Origin: a virus
Lineage: Duplodnaviria > Caudoviricetes
Length of the DNA stretch: 37,427 nucleotides
Direction: 5' to 3' (one strand)
IMG/VR virus record: IMGVR_UViG_3300020045_016684
Coordinates: 1-37,427 of that record
Shown piece by piece: positions 33,152 through 37,427 of this stretch (positions within the stretch are counted from its first letter, which is position 1; each line of letters opens with the position of its first letter). The notes under the pieces are model-generated. The model ran no database searches, was not told the DNA's origin, and worked only from the letters and a program-made list of their open reading frames with translations. Both the position numbers and the translations under genes were made by a program.

Positions 33152-33664
33152 TTATTTTCAATGACAATGTTTAAATTTTTTACCACCTCAACAATGACAT
33201 TTATCATTTGGTCTTATTCACTTTGGTGGAGTTGTATTTACTTGTTCAACAAAATCTATCTTTCTCCTTGATGGAAGACAAAAAGAAAATACAGTTTGTC
33301 ACTCATGAAGGGATAATGCAAAATCTCATTGTGAGATAATATCCATTCAAATAAGAACATCACAATCTATTTTTGCAGTTATTCAACTAAGCTTAAGTGT
33401 TCATCATACGTTATTCGGTAAAATAACATTTGCTGAATATATTCAGCACTCCTCTTGTCATCATACTCAACTAATATTTCATATATCTATTGGTGATAAT
33501 CATAGTTTTTTTACAAAATCCTCAGATATACATGATATCGTTGCTCAAGTATCCCATAGTGCAACTCACTCTGATATAACTTTTTTTTCGTCATCCACTA
33601 CTTTTATATTTGTAAGTGGTCTGTTGGATATTCAACTATAGTGAATAGTAAAAGCATTAGGCAT
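33152..33664 (-). CDS. Retropepsin-like aspartyl protease with C-terminal SEC-C motif
   Basis: ALWDTGATISCI, DVLIGMDII, RPNDKCHCGGGKKFKHCHGK. Confidence 0.88.
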
Positions 33665-33911
33665 ATGTTACTGTAATGATAGGGTTAATCCATACAGTTG
33701 GTTGTTCTCCGCATAATGTTACGCAAAAATTTCAAGCACCGTATGTTTTCCTACCAATTACAGCAAGGTTCTGCTCGTCGTCAGAAGTTTGAATAACTTC
33801 CTTATTCACGATAAGCATATATTTTCATTCATAAGATTCAATAAGAGACTTCTTGTTATCAAGAAACCATTGTTTATTTTCTCTCACGGATGTAAACTTT
33901 GTTACTGTCAT
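33657..33911 (-). CDS. DUF5678-like small protein
   Basis: NKQWFLDNKKSLIESYEGKYMLIVNKEVI; overlaps the protease start by 8 nt. Confidence 0.72.
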
Positions 33912-33954
33912 GGTAAGATTATAGCACATAAATAAAAAAACTCCAAATTTATCA

Positions 33955-34332
33955 CTAGACATCTTTAAAAGCTTCAATCATCTTCATTATTGCATCTTGC
34001 TTGTTCTTGTCGGTAACTCACACCTCTGCAAAGAATGCTACCTTTGGATCTTCAATACTTCCCTGCTCTACTCCGAGATCCTCACGAATGAACTCTTCCA
34101 TCTTACGAACAAATTGATCTTCGGATATTCCATAGGCTTCGGCCATTCGTTGATACCCTTCGTATTTAGCAAAATGTTTTGATCCTCATATATAATTTCC
34201 CCAGTAACTAATATTATTACCTCATAATTTTTTTAATAATCATTCCGATGTCATTAATAGCTCTTTTTTAAACCACCTTAATGTTTTTTTTCTTACATTA
34301 TCGGGAATGCTTTTATTTAGCTCAACAATCAC
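33955..34332 (-). CDS. Putative immunity repressor (divergent XRE/ImmR-like HTH)
   Basis: ISYWGNYIGGSK..YQRMAEAYGISEDQF; first gene of the leftward operon, upstream of ImmA; the GTG start is uncertain. Confidence 0.65.
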
Positions 34333-34338
34333 GTTTGT

Positions 34339-34355
34339 TATCTTAAGATAAGATA
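34339..34355. promoter_or_regulatory. Operator palindrome 1
   Basis: TATCTTA-AGA-TAAGATA. Confidence 0.6.
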
Positions 34356-34403
34356 AAAGTACACAAAAAATGCAATAAAGCAAGCAGAAAATCAAGAAAA
34401 TAT

Positions 34404-34431
34404 TTGCAATTATCCCAAAATGGGATAGAAT
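34404..34431 (+). promoter_or_regulatory. Rightward lytic promoter with embedded operator palindrome 2 (34411-34427)
   Basis: TTGCAA-16 nt-TAGAAT overlapping TATCCCA-AAA-TGGGATA. Confidence 0.65.
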
Positions 34432-34681
34432 GGTTTTGTTAGATCGATATGGACACATCGATTCTTGCAACTTAACATCTCAGGACTTCTACTCCGAAAT
34501 TCCCTTACGATCCCCACTACAGTATGACCGACAACCCTGTCACGCGACATACCAGATAGAACGATACAAGTAGGATAGGTATAGAACAATCCCGATGGAG
34601 CCTATGGCTCTTTATTTTTTGTCCATGTGTTATCTCAAAATACACTTATTGAGATTATTCCAGATCATCCCAGAAATAAAC

Positions 34682-34712
34682 AAAAAAAATCCCCTCATTT
34701 CTGAGAGGTTTT
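34682..34712. terminator. Possible bidirectional terminator
   Basis: A-tract, CCCCTCA-TTTC-TGAGAGG, T-tract. Confidence 0.5.
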
Positions 34713-34758
34713 CTTCAACAAAGAAAATATATCCAATTCCAGTAAAAAATCAAATCCT

Positions 34759-34893
34759 ATGTTCAATATTCCACTCGACATCTCTGAAACTGCTATTTAT
34801 CGCAAGTTATGGAATGAGGCTTTCAGTCTCTTCTATACGAACGATGAACGAGCCGACCAAGTACATACTTGGCTCTCTGATATGTGATACTAA
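34759..34893 (+). CDS. Small hypothetical protein (44 aa)
   Basis: MFNIPLDISETAIYRKLWNEAFSLFY... Confidence 0.55.
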
Positions 34894-34906
34894 AAGGCAA
34901 TCATAA

Positions 34907-34967
34907 TTAGAGAGTAGCCCCTGATTATCAGGAATAAAGTCCCCTTTCATTAGGGGTTACTCTCTAA
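34907..34967 (+). other. Long stem-loop element (GAGAG-stem family)
   Basis: TTAGAGAGTAGCCCCTGAT / ATTAGGGGTTACTCTCTAA. Confidence 0.75.
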
Positions 34968-34982
34968 TCTTTTCTTTAAACT

Positions 34983-35219
34983 ATGCGAACCCTAATATAT
35001 TACATCATCAAGCAAAACAGATTGTCAGAGCCTATTGCAAAAGACTTAGGTAAAAGGAAAGAGACACTACAAGCTCAGATCTTACGGGGTAATCCAGCCT
35101 ATGACGAACGAATGAGGATCACAGATTCTTTTCATCGTCAATCATCACTCGATATCCACCCAGTCAAGCTCTGGTCTCCAATCCGAAAGGATCAAGTGCA
35201 TCTCTACATACAACACTAA
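34983..35219 (+). CDS. Hypothetical protein, possible Cro-like HTH
   Basis: IAKDLGKRKETLQAQILRG; early rightward gene. Confidence 0.65.
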   Translation: MRTLIYYIIKQNRLSEPIAKDLGKRKETLQAQILRGNPAYDERMRITDSFHRQSSLDIHPVKLWSPIRKDQVHLYIQH

Positions 35220-35232
35220 TACCAATACAAAT

Positions 35233-35457
35233 ATGTACAACTCATTCAAACTCATCACTCTCGGACTCATACTCATTCCAGTACTCACTCAAGCATCTAA
35301 TAACTTCTCTATCCTCAATAAATGTGATCGAGTCTACTCTGACTCTCACTTCACTGATGTATCACTCGAAGATTTCCCAGAATGCAAAAATCGTTGGATA
35401 TGGAATGTGAATCGAGATACCAAGGGTAGACTTTTATTTCTCAAGAATCAAAAATAG
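35233..35457 (+). CDS. Small secreted protein
   Basis: Signal-peptide-like N-terminus and a Cys pair. Confidence 0.7.
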   Translation: MYNSFKLITLGLILIPVLTQASNNFSILNKCDRVYSDSHFTDVSLEDFPECKNRWIWNVNRDTKGRLLFLKNQK

Positions 35458-35459
35458 TT

Positions 35460-35651
35460 ATGACTACATTCGAATCAGTCATCTGCAATATGGCAGAGGA
35501 AAAAACATCCTGAGAAATTGAGGCTCTCATATCTGAACTCCAGATGATCGCTGATCGAAAGTATAGACAAGAGGAAGATGCAAATAATCTCCCATATGAG
35601 ATTTTTTCATGAACAACTCAATCTCTTAATAAGCTATCTATCTTTTCATAA
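35460..35651 (+). CDS. Hypothetical protein
   Basis: 63 aa under code 25. Confidence 0.6.
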
Positions 35652-35653
35652 CT

Positions 35654-35752
35654 ATGTGAGCAATAATCTTACCACTCATTCTCGTTCTCCTTTGAATACT
35701 TCCAAAAGCAAAACAACAACACAAAGAACCAACACACATAAATCTATTTTAA
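35654..35752 (+). CDS. Small membrane peptide
   Basis: MGAIILPLILVLLGILPK... Confidence 0.4.
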
Positions 35753-35761
35753 TTTTTCTAT

Positions 35762-35926
35762 ATGAAACCAATAAGCATTTCTAGGGATCAATTCCTATCA
35801 CTTCAAAATGAAGTCAAAGTAAAAATGATAAATCTTGGACATAAAATAGAAAAATGATCGATAGTCTACTATGTGAATCCATCGTTACGCTACATTTCCC
35901 ATAAACCCTTTAAATTCATTTACTAA
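35762..35926 (+). CDS. Hypothetical protein
   Basis: 54 aa under code 25. Confidence 0.45.
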
Positions 35927-35936
35927 CTTTCCACCT

Positions 35937-36551
35937 ATGAACCCTACTACTGAAAACGCATTCCTTCCAACTGACTACAAGGCACCACCAAGTAATTCTC
36001 GTTACATGAAATTCATCGATGGAGAAAACAATTTTAGAATTCTTTCATCTCCTGTTGTTGGCTGGTCTTATTGGGATAAAACACTTGATGGCAATACAAA
36101 CATCCGTCTTCCATATACGCAAGAGGCCTATAAAAAAGCCGTTGAATTCGCTTCTAGGAATCCAAAACAAGAAGATAGAGATGTGAAACATTTCTGGGCC
36201 ATGGCAGTATGGAATTATGCAAATGATCGAGTTGAAATTCTCGAGATCACACAAAAAGGAATTCAAGTTACACTTACTGAACTTTCTAAAAAGAAAGGAT
36301 GGGGTAATCCAGTAAAGACATACGATATTTCTATCGATAAATCAGGAACTGGGCTAAAAACAGAATATGCAGTTACTGCTATTCCACCTGAAAAGCTCAG
36401 CGATGCTATACTCAAAGAAATTGATAGTACATACATAAATTTAGATGCACTATTTGTACTAGATGGAGATCCTTTCAAGATAGTAAAATCAGAGGATGAA
36501 ATAAATTCAGAAATAGACTCTAGTCTTGATGATATTTTTCCACCTAAATAA
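35937..36551 (+). CDS. T4 gp32-like single-stranded DNA-binding protein
   Basis: YMKFIDGENNFRIL..FWAMAVWNY..WGNP..YDISIDKSGTGLKTEYAV; acidic C-terminal tail. Confidence 0.75.
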   Translation: MNPTTENAFLPTDYKAPPSNSRYMKFIDGENNFRILSSPVVGWSYWDKTLDGNTNIRLPYTQEAYKKAVEFASRNPKQEDRDVKHFWAMAVWNYANDRVEILEITQKGIQVTLTELSKKKGWGNPVKTYDISIDKSGTGLKTEYAVTAIPPEKLSDAILKEIDSTYINLDALFVLDGDPFKIVKSEDEINSEIDSSLDDIFPPK

Positions 36552-36578
36552 TTCACTCTAACCAACACAATACACACT

Positions 36579-37103
36579 ATGTCTATCTACACACTCCCCA
36601 CCGAAGTATCAGAGGCTATGGATAAATTCTATAGCCTTTTTGATTCTGATTCATGAGAACTCATAGGAACAGAAGAAGAACTCGCACTTGTTCAATCAAA
36701 TCTTGATGAGCTTGCAAACAAAACCAATGAGACTACCGAATGGTATCTTAAAGATCGAGCCAATCGCATTGCATATATTGCAGGGATTGAGTCAGAGATC
36801 GAGAGACTCCAAAAGGTCGTTGCAAGAGAAAAGAAAACAGTTGCAAGAGCTGAGAATCTCCTTGAGAGAATATTCGGTCGTATCTATGAAGGAAAGCCAA
36901 TTGTATTTGGAAGTTTTAAACTTTCATATCGAACCAGTGAAGCTGTTCTCATAGAAAACGAACAAGGTATTCCAAAAGAATTTCTCCGAATCATTCCTGA
37001 AAGTTCAGCACCTGACAAGGTAGCAATTAAAAAAGCTATCAATGATGGTGTAAAAGTACCTGGTGCAACTATCGAAACTCGTCAATCATTCCAGATCAAA
37101 TAA
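36579..37103 (+). CDS. Siphovirus Gp157 family protein
   Basis: IESEIERLQ..FKLSYRTSEAVLIE..IPKEF..PDKVAIKKAINDGVKVPGATIETRQSFQIK. Confidence 0.9.
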
Positions 37104-37121
37104 AGCTCTAACCTCAACCGT

Positions 37122-37154
37122 TCCCCCTGTCGGTGGTCAATACAGGGGATTTTT
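37122..37154 (+). terminator. Intrinsic terminator after Gp157
   Basis: CCCCTGT...ACAGGGG followed by ATTTTT. Confidence 0.7.
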
Positions 37155-37259
37155 ATTATTGAGAGCATCCTGACTCTGTCAGGTGTTCGCTAAAGACCTA
37201 TACTCCGTTTTATTTTTATATGAAATAAAAGACAGCGGAGCTTGGGTGCTCTCAATAAT
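37155..37259. ncRNA. Branched stem-loop element (GAGAG-stem family)
   Basis: ATTATTGAGAGCATCC / GGGTGCTCTCAATAAT enclosing CCTGAC-TCT-GTCAGG, CTCCG/CGGAG and TTTTATTT/AAATAAAA. Confidence 0.6.
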
Positions 37260-37306
37260 TATTTTGATTTTCTCATATCATATTGCGAAAATTCTCCGCC
37301 TATTAT

Positions 37307-37427
37307 AGAGTGCTTATATCACAATTGCAAATATTGTCAAATTATGTTTAATTTACTTTTATTTTTTGTGTATAGCACTCATTTTATATCCGTATACAAT
37401 AAATATACATAATTGTCAATATATGCA
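37307..37427. repeat. Direct terminal repeat, copy 2
   Basis: Identical to 1-121. Confidence 0.97.

Noticed and set aside
34595-34906. 103-aa ORF from the ORF track
   Set aside because: It crosses a terminator hairpin and overlaps the more plausible 34759-34893 gene.
34432-34980. Mini CRISPR array
   Set aside because: No regularly spaced direct repeats here or in other intergenic regions.
300-36954. ORF-track fragments taken as pseudogenes or separate genes, and most minus-strand ORFs in 300-31400
   Set aside because: They are artefacts of treating TGA as stop, or antisense shadows of plus-strand genes; code 25 gives dense, continuous genes.
1-37427. TGA=Trp (code 4) or selenocysteine
   Set aside because: TGA occupies Gly positions in collagen, Walker A, DTG and YopX motifs, and conserved Trp uses TGG.
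37307-37427. Biological terminal repeat of the virion DNA
   Set aside because: An exact 121-nt overlap is what assemblers leave on circular contigs; nothing here shows physical ends.

Overview
This window is an apparently complete, circular, temperate siphovirus-type phage genome of 37,306 bp; the last 121 nt repeat the first 121 nt. It uses a reassigned genetic code in which TGA encodes glycine (translation table 25), so the supplied ORF track, which stops at TGA, breaks most genes into fragments. Code 25 points to a Gracilibacteria or Absconditabacteria (CPR) host. I re-translated the genes by hand with TGA=Gly. Plus-strand order: replication initiator, nin-like genes and a signal-anchored lysozyme; small accessory genes; terS, terL, portal, scaffold, major capsid; head-tail genes; major tail, chaperone, tape measure, Dit, Tal and fibre proteins; then PLA2-like, C1-peptidase and CHAP lytic genes. 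A minus-strand lysogeny block follows: tyrosine integrase, attP equal to the 3' half of tRNA-Phe(GAA), ImmA/IrrE protease, a DUF5678-like plus retropepsin-SEC-C pair, and a repressor. The window ends with divergent early genes (gp32-like SSB, Gp157). The notable non-coding signals are a tRNA-like RNA with a three-hairpin variable region, a six-copy fixed-spacing late-promoter motif, a structured RNA before terS, a family of long GAGAG-stem elements, two repressor operators and a G11 tract that could switch a gene on and off. All family calls come from recognising motifs by eye; no searches were run.
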